40,887 bases of DNA from Sphaeroforma arctica JP610 (GCF_001186125.1 NW_014040528.1:1-40887), one strand, 5' to 3'; counted from the first letter of the stretch, positions 26,401-36,830 are shown. Numbers and translations: made by a program. Notes: generated from the sequence alone by a model not told the origin.

Positions 26401-27427
26401 AATTTCCATCTCGTCTCTGCCCTCTTCCTAGATCACCCATATGATTGTCGAGAGGCATACCAAGAAGAACGATTTTAGTGCCACTGAAGGTACGTCAATT
26501 TTTTTACATGCAGAATACATACGTATTACGTTTTTTTGTTTAGTGTTGATATTTGAAAGTTGATATAAACATGCGCATGTATAAACGTATGGCTCGCCAG
26601 TCTGTATATATATGTGTGTGTGGGTGTGTTTGTATATATATATATATATGTGTGTGTGTATGTTTGTGCATATATATAGATATTGAATATATATATGTGT
26701 GTGTGGGTGTGGGTGTGTATATATGTGTATATATATATTGTGATATTTATATATATTCTTCAATTGCTTACTAAGGCATCCGAATATTTATATCGTAACA
26801 GAATATATTTTGCAATGTCTTTTTTGGGTGTTGACGTGGATACGACACAGGACGGGTTGCGTCTTGTTGTAAATCTTGGCCTGTACTTAAATGCTCGGTG
26901 TGTATCGATCAGCCTGTAGATCTATATATATATATATATTAACTATATTTATATATCTTTATCCATAGTATTAGAATTATTAGCATTAAATTACTATACG
27001 TATTGTATACCTGCATGTTTGTCTGATACCTATCTCCCATGTCACCCCATTTCTCGCCACAGCGGTGCACGAGAAACTTGAGAAATACATCCACAAGTCC
27101 ATGAAGAAGCAAGGGAGTGTCTACACGCGCAAAACCATGGACTCTGATATCGAGTATGCAGACACCAACACCGCAGCCAAGCGATTGACGCATCTGAAGG
27201 AGCGGAGACGAAGGAAAGAGGCCGAGGCTAGGCGTAAAGAGCGGCGACGCAGTGATAGCAAGTATGTGTCTGATGCTGTCAGTTCACCGAAAGAGGGGTT
27301 GACCTGGAATGAGAGCACCGCTCGAGTGGATGGGCATGTAGATGCGGCGGCGGGGGGGGGGGTGGAGTATATGGAAGAGGATAGTGACATGCATATTAGC
27401 GATGACAGTAATGACCTTATGGATTAG
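10965..27427 (+). CDS. SETD2: Histone H3K36 methyltransferase SET2/SETD2, 18 coding exons, about 1754 aa
   Basis: Exons: 10965-12838, 13477-13545, 14197-14366, 15689-15807, 16534-16610, 17440-17654, 18088-18172, 18593-18722, 18946-19836, 20458-20567, 21571-21729, 22287-22660, 23010-23192, 24092-24227, 24455-24602, 25845-25946, 26432-26489, 27063-27427. All are GT-AG and phase-compatible (sum 5265 nt). Motifs: AWS CDC...CGPGCLNR..ECRPELCPCGSRCQNQ; SET KGRGL..EYVGE..HFYFM..IDATKKG..RFFNHSCDPNC..EELTFDY; post-SET CHCESKNC; WW LPAGW..VYYYHVDTNQTQWTKP; SRI KPGCKFGRITNKDDFKHLARKITH. The start ATG (aaaATG) is the least certain element. Confidence 0.95.
14352..14740 (+). repeat. Tandem array (91, 91, 83 bp periods) copying the exon 3 end and donor
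   Basis: gacaacg|gtgtgt at 14360, 14451 and 14542; variant at 14625; decayed copy near 14705. Confidence 0.9.
15325..15710 (+). repeat. Four tandem copies of the exon 4 acceptor plus its first ~20 nt
   Basis: AG|a(t/c)gaa(g/a)atgaNNNNgaagac with the AG ending at 15352, 15483, 15586 and 15688. Confidence 0.9.
15789..15980 (+). repeat. 103-bp duplication of the exon 4 end and donor
   Basis: accaaagctttcacaag|gtatttgtggtgtg...gagtctacttatgagcatg versus accagagttttcgcaag|gtattttgtggtgtg...gagtctacttatgagcatg. Confidence 0.88.
17228..17440 (+). repeat. ~45-55 bp intronic tandem repeat next to the exon 6 acceptor
   Basis: caccc(g/a)aattctc...tgct(t/c)caaaaga(t/c)gt x3 plus partial; one unit ends caatttctcactatag, like the real acceptor caatttctcgcgatag. 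Confidence 0.8.
20650..20905. repeat. Degenerate intronic tandem repeat in intron 10
   Basis: tacgtgac(a/t)(c/t)ccaga(t/c)actgtagta x3 with interleaved tagtatacatattt subrepeats. Confidence 0.8.
23165..24160 (+). other. SETD2: WW domain of SETD2, split by intron 13
   Basis: LPAGWMSTM|DPKKQRVYYYHVDTNQTQWTKP. Confidence 0.9.
24570..27130 (+). other. SETD2: SRI (Set2-Rpb1 interacting) domain of SETD2 (exons 15-18)
   Basis: RNFRAM|VSKSVIKVLGKYNKPGCKFGRITNKDDFKHLARK|ITHMIVERH...|VHEKLEKYIHKSMKKQGSVY. Confidence 0.9.
25505..25625. repeat. ~66-bp intronic duplication in intron 15
   Basis: actagat...tatggtt.tatttata...ctacatacatacaat..caatgc x2. Confidence 0.8.
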
Positions 27428-27760
27428 TAACTTAGTATTATAAACAAACGCGCGCACGGGTGGTTGAGGGTGTGGCGAAGTTGAACACGTGGGTTTTTCT
27501 AGGCTGTCTGTGATTAGTGACTTAGTAAATATAATAAATTCATATATGGACTATTGAGGGAAGTGAAGACAGCCACATGGGCTGTAAACGGGGATTAGTG
27601 ACTGAAGAGGTAGGATAAATGCTCTAGAACTATTGAGGGACTTAAGGACAAGCAAATGGATTGTGTTTAGACTGCAATTAGTTTTTCAGTATGTTGCACA
27701 GCCGCACTTATGTTGTACCATTGCGATAAGTGACTTGGTAGATGAAACAAATGCACACAT
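27421..27760 (+). repeat. Decayed ~80-90 bp tandem repeat starting at the SETD2 stop codon
   Basis: gattagtaacttagta (27422), gattagtgacttagta (27512), gattagtgactg (27593), gataagtgacttggta (27725); the first three are followed by ttgaggg. Confidence 0.65.
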
Positions 27761-28089
27761 ATGCCATTAGGTGAATGGAAGCGAACAGTTAAAAAAAGCC
27801 GAGTGTTGGTTATGTATCTTACAGAAGACGCTTAGTAAAGTGACGTGCTACTGCAAGGATGATTCACACAATACACATAAAGATACCTATAAGTTGCATT
27901 GGACTAGTAACATATATCGAGCCACCTGTATTGCTTTCCCTATACTTTAAACTATGACGGGTGCTCCTAGACTCTATCCCCCAACAGCGGGCATCACAAG
28001 TGTGTGCCTATATCGCTGTCTAGCGACTTTGGTATATATGCAGAATATATCCCACGATACTTGGACTCTATGAAAGCGACAGATCAGAA

Positions 28090-28198
28090 AACATACTAAA
28101 TTTAAAAGACACAAACAACACACTAAACTAAAAAGTCACAAACAACACGCTAAACTAAAATGTCACAAACAACATGCTAAACTAAAAATCACAAACAA
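28090..28198. repeat. 27-bp minisatellite, about 4 copies, between convergent gene ends
   Basis: cacaaacaaca...ctaaactaaaa at 28110, 28137 and 28164; partial at 28190. Confidence 0.9.
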
Positions 28199-28667
28199 TG
28201 TACATAATGTGCCTGGCTTCTCCTCTGTGAAGTTAGGGTTTTAGAATCTGTCTGGTGTCAAGGTACAAAACTAGTCCTGAAAACAAAACATCTTATGCGC
28301 ACTAGGTAGTATACTTGGATTAGAGCAACATAATCAAACCCGCCATATACATACCCTACTGTCTTATCATATCACAGTATCTAGCAGACTGTATATAAAT
28401 ACACACTTTGCATACTTGCATACGTACTCTCGGATATTCCTTGTTGTGGTCAGTGCAGCGTGTGCTCCTGCTATTTATTTACTGTTCATGCGCACCTGCT
28501 GTACCCTTCATGGCACGCGCGGCGGTCGAAATGTGAGGTACATGTGGTGTGTACATCTAAAAGGAAACACCCAGAAGCATACGCTGAGCTTGTTTCCCAT
28601 CGTATTTCTATATTATATACATATATGTGTGTGTGCGTGCGTACGTGTGTGTGTGTGCGCTATATTA

Positions 28668-31600
28668 TCATTCACCCTGATCCCTTCTCATCTCGTGATA
28701 TTGCACATCCTCAACGTCCTCCACCTCGCCTAGAATACCCCGCAGTATCTGCTGTCTCTCCTGCAACACAGCCTTTCCAACCTTGGCGAGATGCATGTTG
28801 GTATTGATGTACGAGTGTGCGTGCACTTCCATCTCCAGCAGCTTGTACCGCATGAGGTCGATGTAGACCTTGTCCACGTCACTGATCGTAAAGTCCGTCT
28901 CTTTAGTCGTACTGCGGTCGTACGTGTGGCTCGAGGGCACGAGGAACGCCGTTTGTATCTCATCAAAGATCACACGCTTGCGCCTTGTAGCTGGGCGTGG
29001 CCTTGCCACAACTGGTTGCTCCGACTTCTGCTGCCTCCCACATATTTGTCGTACGTCAGATCCTGTAGTGGCTGGTGGCTGTATGCAAGACTGTATTGGG
29101 GTCGGTTGCGCTATATCATTATGTCCTTCCGTTGACTCTTGCGACACTCCTGTCGGCAGCTGCTCTATATACGCCTCTGTGGGTGCTACTTGCCCTATGT
29201 CGGGCAGTGCGTTTGTTGGTTCTCCAGTCTGTCCTGTGTCAGACTCTCCACAAGCTATTTGTCTTACATCCGACTCCCCCTTCGACAATTGTTTTGCACT
29301 CGGCCGATCCGGGAACAGTAGCTTTATGTATGGTAGTACATCCGTTGAATGTCCTGGTTGTTCTACGTCTGACTCATCCTTCGCCATTCGTCTTACACAT
29401 GACCGAGGTGGGACGAGTAATCCCAAGGCCGGCAATATATCCGTTGATTGTCCTGGCTGCCCTACGTCTGACGTGCGCTTCGTCAGTTGTCTTGCGTCTG
29501 ACTCTCCCGTTGCCAATTGACGTTCACCTGGTCGTGATAAACCGAGTAGTCCCATGTTCGGTAACACATCCGTCGAATGTCCAGGTTGCCCTACGTCTGA
29601 CGTGCGCTTCGTCAGTTGTCTTGCGTCTGACTCTCCCGTCGCCGCCTGTCCTACACCAGGCCGTGCCTGGATAGGTAGCTCCATCTTTCGCAGTACATCT
29701 GCTATATTCTCTGAATGCCCTGAGCTTTTCCGCCTTTCGTCCGAATGTCCCGTGTCTGACTGTCCTGTCGGCCCTGCGCCTGGTTGCCGTTGGGGTTGGA
29801 CACTCCACTGAACCGTCTGCAAGTATTGACTATCTAGCTCACCTGTTTCTCTCTCATTGGTTAACGCAATGTGAAGCGTCTCTGTACTAAATGTCACATC
29901 CTTATGCGTAGTCGATCGACTAGCACGCTCCTTAGATAAGGCCCTCTTTGCCTGCAGAGCCATATAGATCAACGGTTTAAACGACAGGGATTTCCTACTG
30001 CTGTCGGCGCTGTTTCCCGAGTTGCTCCGCGTTCTACCGTCTTGCAGCTGGTTGAGATCACTGCAACTTCCACTCTTTTCGTCAGTCTCTGTATTCGAGG
30101 CTGTGCTCTCATACACCTCCGCACTGTCAGTGTACTTGATGGGCTGTCCGCCACCTATCTCGCTCGGTTCAAATATCAATGTGCTAGCGTCGTCATGGCA
30201 ACTACTTCGATTGCTATTGCCGGTCCCATCGGTAGAATAACTCCTCCTAAACACGCCTCGACTACCGCTACTGCTGCCATGCTTAGCATAGGCGCCCATG
30301 TGATGCTCCTCTGTGACTCTGCTCAGTGCACCCTGCAACGGCCTGCCATCCCAAGACGACTGTCTGTAGAACATGTGGCGCGAGTTCCGGTGTTCAGCAG
30401 CGTCTAAACTACGTTCTCCATCCCTTGTATGCTTATCTATGTGGGTGCGGGTGTGTGCGTGTGCATGCATATCCTGCCCCGTATACGAACTAGTCGTTTC
30501 CATTTGAGGTCCTGAGCGTGTCCGTGTCACCGTTGCGCCTGCGCGGTCTCTCTCAGCAGACTCCACCGACTTGTTGGATATGTTTTGGATGAGGGACGTA
30601 GGCGACGGAAAGCAATGCACAGACCCATCCGAACTCCTGGGGGTCGCGCGAGTATACGTATCGCCGACATCTGTGGGGGTGTATGAGTGGCTCCTGTGGT
30701 AGTTCCTGGCACCCAACCCAGCTGCTCTGCTGCCGAAACTACTCCAACTCTGTGCTGGTGCTCTATTCGATAATGGTCCACTATGGCGTTTCTGAAGTGC
30801 GTTTTGTCTGTCATAGTCCTGACTGGGAGTCCCGGGTACGTGTGCTCTATGATTCGATAATTGTCCACTATGGCGTCTCTGACGTGTCTTGTGTCTGCCA
30901 TAATCCTGCCTGGGAGTCCTGGGTACTTGTGTTTTACTCGATAATTGTCCACTATGGCGTCTCTGCGGCGTGGGATGTCTGCCATAATCCTGTCTGGGAG
31001 TACCGGGTGCAAACCCTTGGTAGTCGAGACTGGGAGATCCCACGGGTGAGCCACTATACTGTGTGGGTGAATAAGCCCGTGTATGCGTGTAATGTGTGGG
31101 TGTGTTTATACCACTGCAACCTGGCGACGGCTGCGAGCGCGTGTGTGAGAGGTGCGAAGATATGTTTGTGTGCCGCCTATGAGGCGAGCTATGCTGTTGA
31201 TGTCCGTTGGGCTGTCGGTGTTGACGGTGCTGAAGCGGCATTCCAGTGCGGGTTGCCGCCCGGAGAGGACTATTTATAGAATTACTCGTGACTCTGTACT
31301 CTGTGATGCTGTGCGATCTGTTGTGCAAGATGCTTCGGGGTCTGTTCCCCGTCATACTGTGGCTTCTATGCCGTGTGCCTCTGTGTGGCCGATTATACGA
31401 CAGGCGATGGGGCCTATGTGTAGTGTCGCTATCATATGCATCGTTTGGCTCACAGCAGTGACTGTGTGGCAGTGGTTGTCCCTGTGCCGTATTACGAGCT
31501 GAGCTGAGCTGCACTAGCGAACAACGACAGCTCAGATGTTCTAATATCTCCGACGGATAAACAAACACCCCCCCCGTGTGTGGGTCTGAGTGTGGGTGTG

Positions 31601-34004
31601 GAGAGGATGTATCTGTGTGACTATCCAGTGCACTGAGTCTATCTCCGCGGTGTTGTGAGGGTAGGCTCTTCGGTTGAGCCTCGACTACAGCACCACCACC
31701 AGACGACCTCGGCACGGGCTTGCTATGTCGTTCGGCGGTGTGGCTTTGGCCCAGTGCCGTGTAGTGCGCGTGTGATGTGACGATTGCCGTGCCTTCGGGT
31801 GACACGCTTCGGAAATCGAACTCGTTCTCTTCTTCCTCAATACTCCCCCCAGACATTAAACTGTACTGCCGCTGCAGTTTGCCAATGGAAGCGTTCAGTG
31901 AGGTCCGCCCAGACACTGAGGCTTTCTGCGCTACTCTCTGCTTTCCCGTATCCACCCCCACGCCATGTACTCGTTGCCTAGTTACCGGTTGCATCGCTAC
32001 AGCCTCAGCACTGGGCCTGTGCACATCGCACCCTTGCGGTGCAGTGCTGCACTCTGCACAGTGCACCTGCAATGATCGCATGTGCATCGCTCGCCATACC
32101 TGCCTGGGAACACCCGTAGGTTGCTGAGCTGTGGGTGACATGATGAATGCGGTATCTGTATACTTCTGCGACACTTTGCCGTCACACGCACTCCGCGGCC
32201 GCTTCTTGTATGTCCTTGGCTCGGCACAACTAGCCTTCGTGTCACTGCCGTTGCTATGTTGGGCTTTCAGCATCCCTCTGCTCTCGGCATGTCTCTTTGC
32301 ACCGGCGCCTGTCTGTCTATCGCCTCCGCGCGCACGAGCTGACACATTCAGTGCCGGTGCCTGCGTGAAGCTCATAGCCACCCCAGCCTGCTTCCGCCTC
32401 CGATACTCCTCAATCATACTCTCCTCTAGCCTGCACTTGGACTTCTCAATCACCTTCCTGTCCCTTTCTCGCCTGCTCTCCCCCTTGATCTCCTCGTCGA
32501 TCTCCTTGTGTTTGGCTGTGATGGTTGTCGCCACCCTACTAAGCACCCGTGCCGAGGCAGCCGCACCAATGTGTATCGGACTTATACTACTCCCACTGGA
32601 GTTTGACGTTTTCTTCCCGAGCTTGGCACTACTGGATAATTGGCCAATATGCGTGTTTCTCTTCCCCAGCTTAGTGCTGCTGGATAATTGGCCACTATGC
32701 GTTTCACGCGAGTTTAACGTCAGCTCTCCGTCCTTGGCCGACAGATCAGTACTAAGTGGACGTGATACAGGGGTAGGGGCAGACGCGCCTCTACGTAGTT
32801 TTGCCCCGATATTTGATTTAACCTCCTTCATCCCACCGCTCTGGGGAACTGATGTCAGCTGCTCACAGTTGTATGTGCGTATGTGCGTGCGTGTGTTTGT
32901 GTGCGTGCGTGGATCAGTGGTTGGTGTGCTGTGTGTGCAGGTATCATCATCTGCCGCATGTGTGTGTGCATAGGTATGTGTCTTCGTAGCATTAGTATTC
33001 GCCGTGCCCACACTAGTTGTGTCACGTGGCCCGGCATTGGTACCCTCTACACTGCGCACAGGTACACTCGTTAGTGCAGAGAGTTCACTCGAACGAGCAG
33101 GTAAGCTCACCGTCCGTACACCGGAAAGAGCGTGTGTGTGTGTGTTTGCGCGTACTTTGAATGAATCTGTGCCATCTCCAAGCCCCACCGTGCCACGCTC
33201 AGCCGATGACGCCTTATTACTTTCAGCAGTACCTAAACGGGTGTCGCACTCGGCAATACTACTAGCGTGACTGCACCTACTATCACTACTCCTGTAATCA
33301 CTATTGCTATTTAGCCGGTTAGGCCTAACCTTAAGCAAAACGGGCTGTACTCCGCAGGAGGGGGGCACTCTGATAGGCTCGTTCGTTGTCCAGGACATAC
33401 GAAAAGCTGACTTGTTACTAGACTTAGGTTGTCTAACTTTCACCCCTGCGTCTGCATCCATAGCATGCAGCTCTGAATCATCCGAATAATCGACATCAGA
33501 CAATACACTACTCGCACTACGAGTATGCAATTCAACTGTTTTACTTGGTTTCCTGCTTGCTGGTGTGCTGATACTGACAATATATTGTGATCTCTCTATG
33601 GGACATGTGCACTCTCCTTGCGAAACTACCGTAGAGTGCATGTACCCAGATGGTTCGCTTAACTCATAGTGTATATCCTTCTTTGTAGGTCTAGCCTTGG
33701 CAACAACCACCTTAGAATGTATATGTACATTTTTTGACTGCTGCAACGCTTTCTTCATATCAGAATTTTCGTGCAAACTACCGACAAGGCCATCACTTGC
33801 ATTGCTTTCCTTCCTCGCCTTCACCTCGATGATAGTACCCTCGGCTGGAATTGTATGCCCAGTCGTGAGTCTGACTGTCTGTGACTTGTGAGTTACATGG
33901 TATGTCAATCCATTGAATAGTTCTCCTCCGGTATTCTTTGTATCCACAATACCACGGACTTTATCGTACTTCGACGGGTTCCAGAGCGTCGTTGTAGCAC
34001 CCAT
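28668..34004 (-). CDS. Large intronless, mostly disordered protein (about 1778 aa) with a C-terminal PHACTR/Bni4/Afr1-type PP1-binding domain
   Basis: Uninterrupted 5.3-kb ORF, first ATG at 34004 (MGATTT). C-terminus RKRVIFDE...YDRS...DLMRYKLLEMEVHAHSYINTNMH matches the Phactr/Bni4 pattern RVxF...YDR...ELNxFKxxEMEVHxxSxxxTxFH. No RPEL repeats recognised. Confidence 0.85.
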   Translation of the reverse strand: MGATTTLWNPSKYDKVRGIVDTKNTGGELFNGLTYHVTHKSQTVRLTTGHTIPAEGTIIEVKARKESNASDGLVGSLHENSDMKKALQQSKNVHIHSKVVVAKARPTKKDIHYELSEPSGYMHSTVVSQGECTCPIERSQYIVSISTPASRKPSKTVELHTRSASSVLSDVDYSDDSELHAMDADAGVKVRQPKSSNKSAFRMSWTTNEPIRVPPSCGVQPVLLKVRPNRLNSNSDYRSSDSRCSHASSIAECDTRLGTAESNKASSAERGTVGLGDGTDSFKVRANTHTHALSGVRTVSLPARSSELSALTSVPVRSVEGTNAGPRDTTSVGTANTNATKTHTYAHTHAADDDTCTHSTPTTDPRTHTNTRTHIRTYNCEQLTSVPQSGGMKEVKSNIGAKLRRGASAPTPVSRPLSTDLSAKDGELTLNSRETHSGQLSSSTKLGKRNTHIGQLSSSAKLGKKTSNSSGSSISPIHIGAAASARVLSRVATTITAKHKEIDEEIKGESRRERDRKVIEKSKCRLEESMIEEYRRRKQAGVAMSFTQAPALNVSARARGGDRQTGAGAKRHAESRGMLKAQHSNGSDTKASCAEPRTYKKRPRSACDGKVSQKYTDTAFIMSPTAQQPTGVPRQVWRAMHMRSLQVHCAECSTAPQGCDVHRPSAEAVAMQPVTRQRVHGVGVDTGKQRVAQKASVSGRTSLNASIGKLQRQYSLMSGGSIEEEENEFDFRSVSPEGTAIVTSHAHYTALGQSHTAERHSKPVPRSSGGGAVVEAQPKSLPSQHRGDRLSALDSHTDTSSPHPHSDPHTGGVFVYPSEILEHLSCRCSLVQLSSARNTAQGQPLPHSHCCEPNDAYDSDTTHRPHRLSYNRPHRGTRHRSHSMTGNRPRSILHNRSHSITEYRVTSNSINSPLRAATRTGMPLQHRQHRQPNGHQQHSSPHRRHTNISSHLSHTRSQPSPGCSGINTPTHYTHTRAYSPTQYSGSPVGSPSLDYQGFAPGTPRQDYGRHPTPQRRHSGQLSSKTQVPRTPRQDYGRHKTRQRRHSGQLSNHRAHVPGTPSQDYDRQNALQKRHSGPLSNRAPAQSWSSFGSRAAGLGARNYHRSHSYTPTDVGDTYTRATPRSSDGSVHCFPSPTSLIQNISNKSVESAERDRAGATVTRTRSGPQMETTSSYTGQDMHAHAHTRTHIDKHTRDGERSLDAAEHRNSRHMFYRQSSWDGRPLQGALSRVTEEHHMGAYAKHGSSSGSRGVFRRSYSTDGTGNSNRSSCHDDASTLIFEPSEIGGGQPIKYTDSAEVYESTASNTETDEKSGSCSDLNQLQDGRTRSNSGNSADSSRKSLSFKPLIYMALQAKRALSKERASRSTTHKDVTFSTETLHIALTNERETGELDSQYLQTVQWSVQPQRQPGAGPTGQSDTGHSDERRKSSGHSENIADVLRKMELPIQARPGVGQAATGESDARQLTKRTSDVGQPGHSTDVLPNMGLLGLSRPGERQLATGESDARQLTKRTSDVGQPGQSTDILPALGLLVPPRSCVRRMAKDESDVEQPGHSTDVLPYIKLLFPDRPSAKQLSKGESDVRQIACGESDTGQTGEPTNALPDIGQVAPTEAYIEQLPTGVSQESTEGHNDIAQPTPIQSCIQPPATTGSDVRQICGRQQKSEQPVVARPRPATRRKRVIFDEIQTAFLVPSSHTYDRSTTKETDFTISDVDKVYIDLMRYKLLEMEVHAHSYINTNMHLAKVGKAVLQERQQILRGILGEVEDVEDVQYHEMRRDQGE
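29180..29790 (-). repeat. Coding repeats (ESDxRQ..SDVGQPGxSTDxLP), including a near-perfect 123-nt-period duplication
   Basis: tgccctacgtctgacgtgcgcttcgtcagttgtcttgcgtctgactctcccgt at about 29458 and 29587 (period about 129 nt by these coordinates), plus decayed copies on both sides. Confidence 0.85.
30765..31015 (-). repeat. Three coding repeats of PxTPxQDYxR....RRHSGxLS
   Basis: Seen in the ORF translation and as tcgataat(t/g)gtccactatggcgt x3. Confidence 0.9.
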
Positions 34005-35503
34005 ATTGGCAAGCAACAAAAAGGGCAATCACCAAACGATCCTTAATCCAGACGTTAAGCTAGTTTAACATATCTAAAGCGACAATACTGACCAAGCCGC
34101 ATATGAGTGAAGCTGCATAGCTACATGCTATAGTTATGACAACCGAATAAATACACCAATTCAGTTTCCTATTTCAGACTTCATAGTTCAAACAACATAT
34201 GGAAGCTATTCATATATATTTATGAGAAATATATACTAAAATATAACAGCAGAGACCTAATTACACGTACACATATGAACTGATATCTATATAAAAAAAT
34301 TGAAAGATCCGAAACAAGTACATCCTTCACATGGATTTTTTAGAAAACAAAGTGGTCTGTTACATAATCTTTATAAAATTATTTATGTATTTACTTATTT
34401 ACATAGTATGTATCAGCCTTCTAAATTTTAAAAAACATATGTAAGTACAGTAATAAATACCGTACAGAACTACAGATACATAAATATATTTATTTTTTAA
34501 AAGGGGGTTTTTTTTTAAATAAATGAATAATATGTACGATTGACTTGTAAACATCATAAATACGCGTATACGACTGTAAATATTTACATTTGTAATATTT
34601 ACAAAATATGTAATATTTTACATAAAACAATTATTCACCAAGCTATTTTCCCAAAATCAAAATCAAATTTCTTGTTTTAGAAACCAAATCAGATTTGATC
34701 GATCTCTCGCACAAGAAAAACTCCCGCTGATGCCGGCCCCCTCCGGGGATTGGACTTCTTTTGTGTTTTTATTGACTGTACCAAAACATTATTCTATTTA
34801 TTATATAAAAACAATATATTAGTCTTTGCCACGGATTATCATTGACTGCGCTCAACGTTTGCATATATCGATTGTCAATAAAGGTGCATATTCGGAGCCC
34901 TGAGGTTCAATGTATTGAGGATAAATATCTATAGGATGTCCGATCTATTTTTTAATTCAAGTTTTTCCCCACTTTCGACCATGTTTTTAGGTAAATACGG
35001 ATTAGGGTTGTTTCTATTTCTTTCTTAGAGAAAACAGAGTGGATCGAATTTGTTGTTGTTTTTTTTGTTTTAAAATAATAAACAATATTTATTGAAGCCG
35101 CTTACTGCGGGTCTGCGGCAGTCCAACTAAAAATACTCTGCTTCTTGTTTTTGAAAAACAATTGTTATCAATATATATAAAAATAAACCCTCTCTACTTA
35201 CTGGAGAAATCTTAATGCCACCACTGCAAGAGCCACCTAAACCGCCACCTACAGATAGAGCCACCTAAATATACCACCATTGTAAGTGCCACCTACATTC
35301 GCCACCTACACCCATTATTGACACCAACCGTGAAAATTCTGACACGACACCTTGATTAAAATATTCACTATAGTAAACCCCCGTGCGTACAGTAACATTA
35401 TATGTATGTAAACACTACGGAAATTGAGCGTTATAGCGAGTTTGTATTGAGCTGTACTGAGAGATTATATAGCTAGTAGATATTACAGTGAGGCCAGAAG
35501 ATC

Positions 35504-35734
35504 ATGTCAGTCAAAGTGGAGTGTAAGTCACAGTACCATCCGGGAGAGAAGGATGTAAAGACCGACGTACTGTTTGAACTTCCAACTGGAGTTCACGAGG
35601 TTGTTAATTTAGATGCTGTTGGAGATTGTGGGTATTTATCACTTCTAGAAGATCCTATTTTTGAGACAGCATACAAACATATACGCGTACTATTAGGCAT
35701 AAATCATCTTAAAAAAAAACTAACATACATACAT
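35504..35734 (+). pseudogene. Cargo ORF fragment with an OTU-like cysteine protease catalytic motif
   Basis: ATG at 35504; HEVVNLDAVGDCGYLSLL resembles OTU VxxDGxCGYRAL. It runs into the gap; a further coding-like piece at 36830-36964 has an internal TAG. Confidence 0.4.
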
Positions 35735-36244
35735 NNNNNNNNNNNNNNNNNNNNNNNNNNNNNNNNNNNNNNNNNNNNNNNNNNNNNNNNNNNNNNNNNN
35801 NNNNNNNNNNNNNNNNNNNNNNNNNNNNNNNNNNNNNNNNNNNNNNNNNNNNNNNNNNNNNNNNNNNNNNNNNNNNNNNNNNNNNNNNNNNNNNNNNNNN
35901 NNNNNNNNNNNNNNNNNNNNNNNNNNNNNNNNNNNNNNNNNNNNNNNNNNNNNNNNNNNNNNNNNNNNNNNNNNNNNNNNNNNNNNNNNNNNNNNNNNNN
36001 NNNNNNNNNNNNNNNNNNNNNNNNNNNNNNNNNNNNNNNNNNNNNNNNNNNNNNNNNNNNNNNNNNNNNNNNNNNNNNNNNNNNNNNNNNNNNNNNNNNN
36101 NNNNNNNNNNNNNNNNNNNNNNNNNNNNNNNNNNNNNNNNNNNNNNNNNNNNNNNNNNNNNNNNNNNNNNNNNNNNNNNNNNNNNNNNNNNNNNNNNNNN
36201 NNNNNNNNNNNNNNNNNNNNNNNNNNNNNNNNNNNNNNNNNNNN

Positions 36245-36512
36245 TACATACATAAATACATACATACAAACATACATACGTATATATATATATATATATA
36301 ATATATATTATATAAATACATATATACATATATATATATATTTATATTTATATAAAATAAATTTATATATATATATATATACTTATATAATTATAAATAT
36401 ACATACATACGTATATGTATATGTATACATATATATATATATATATATATATAAATACTTACATACATAATTGCATACATACAAACATACATGCGTATAA
36501 ATATATATAGAG

Positions 36513-36549
<37 letters not shown>

Positions 36550-36608
36550 TAACGTGCATAATTACATACATACATACATACATGCGTATATATATATGTA
36601 TATATGTA

Positions 36609-36645
<37 letters not shown>

Positions 36646-36830
36646 CATACATACATAAATACATACATACATACATACGTATATATACAATTTTAACCCT
36701 TAACGATTTATGCAATTGAGCTGATCTATATATATTTATATATTTATATATATATGTATGTATGTATAATTCATACATGCATAAATACATACATACATAC
36801 ATTCGTATATATACAATATTAACCCTTAGC
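36245..36830. repeat. (TA)n/(TACA)n compound microsatellite with internal duplications
   Basis: Directly visible; taaccctta.cgattttatgcaattgagctgatcta is duplicated at about 36695 and 36820. Confidence 0.9.

Noticed and set aside
28730..33891. Many overlapping + strand and alternate-frame ORFs (also within 4520-5523, 11034-12874 and 19026-19886)
   Set aside because: Shadows of long real coding exons.
34005..34028. ORF-track start at 34028 for the large minus-strand gene
   Set aside because: Non-ATG start codon; the first ATG is at 34004.
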